The position numbers and the translations under genes were made by a program. The notes under the pieces are model-generated. The model was not told the origin of the DNA. It did no database searches and saw only the letters and a list, made by a program, of their open reading frames with translations. Shown here piece after piece: positions 57,480 through 57,638 of a stretch of 57,638 nt of DNA. This DNA comes from Collinsella sp. (GTDB lineage: Bacteria; Actinomycetota; Coriobacteriia; Coriobacteriales; Coriobacteriaceae): assembly GCA_048429085.1 (NCBI GenBank), contig DBFOPE010000211.1, positions 1 through 57,638 on the forward strand. Reading direction: 5' to 3'. Within the stretch, counting starts at the first letter, position 1. Each line of letters starts with the position of its first letter.

Positions 57480-57638
57480 ATGGACCTTGCCGATATTCGC
57501 CAGGCCATCGATGGCATCGACACCACGCTCCTCAACAGCTTTATCGAGCGCATGGACATTGCCACCGAAGTCGCCAAGTCAAAAATCGAGATGGGCAAGG
57601 CCGTCTTCGACCCCGCCCGCGAGCGCTCCAAGCTCAAC
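57480..57638 (+). CDS. Chorismate mutase domain (AroQ/PheA N-terminus), partial
   Basis: Own translation MDLADIRQAIDGIDTTLLNSFIERMDIATEVAKSK..VFDPARE. Confidence 0.85.
   Translation, partial: MDLADIRQAIDGIDTTLLNSFIERMDIATEVAKSKIEMGKAVFDPARERSKLN

Overview
High-GC bacterial chromosome segment, probably a Coriobacteriia (Collinsella-like) actinobacterium; the host assignment is inferred from composition and gene content. Left host arm (1-15.8 kb, minus strand): radical SAM pair, rodA-mrdA-mreD-mreC-mreB, TPR protein, cyclophilin, zinc-ribbon protein and a P-type ATPase. Right host arm (51.6-57.6 kb): tRNA-Arg(CCG) and an aroF-tyrA-aroB-aroA-aroC-chorismate mutase operon. Between them is an apparently complete ~35.8 kb siphovirus-type prophage (15839-51637), bounded by an 8-bp core GGTGCCCC and inserted at the 3' end of the tRNA, with a large serine recombinase at its right end. 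The prophage carries a complete diversity-generating retroelement (target/VR, hairpins, avd, TR, RT). TR and VR are 129 bp with 11 mismatches, all at TR adenines. The most unusual observations: (1) the att site lies inside the integrase gene, so excision would swap the integrase C-terminus from a tRNA-antisense tail to a tail with CPVC that ends in a degron-like RAA; (2) a G9 tract near the RT 3' end, where a 1-nt slip gives a C-terminus ending LKAAA; (3) a tandem array of XRE HTH units with short repeats at their starts, between the repressor and the integrase; (4) a head-morphogenesis protein with a toxin-like nuclease tail and no visible immunity gene. All family assignments are from motif recognition by eye, not database searches.
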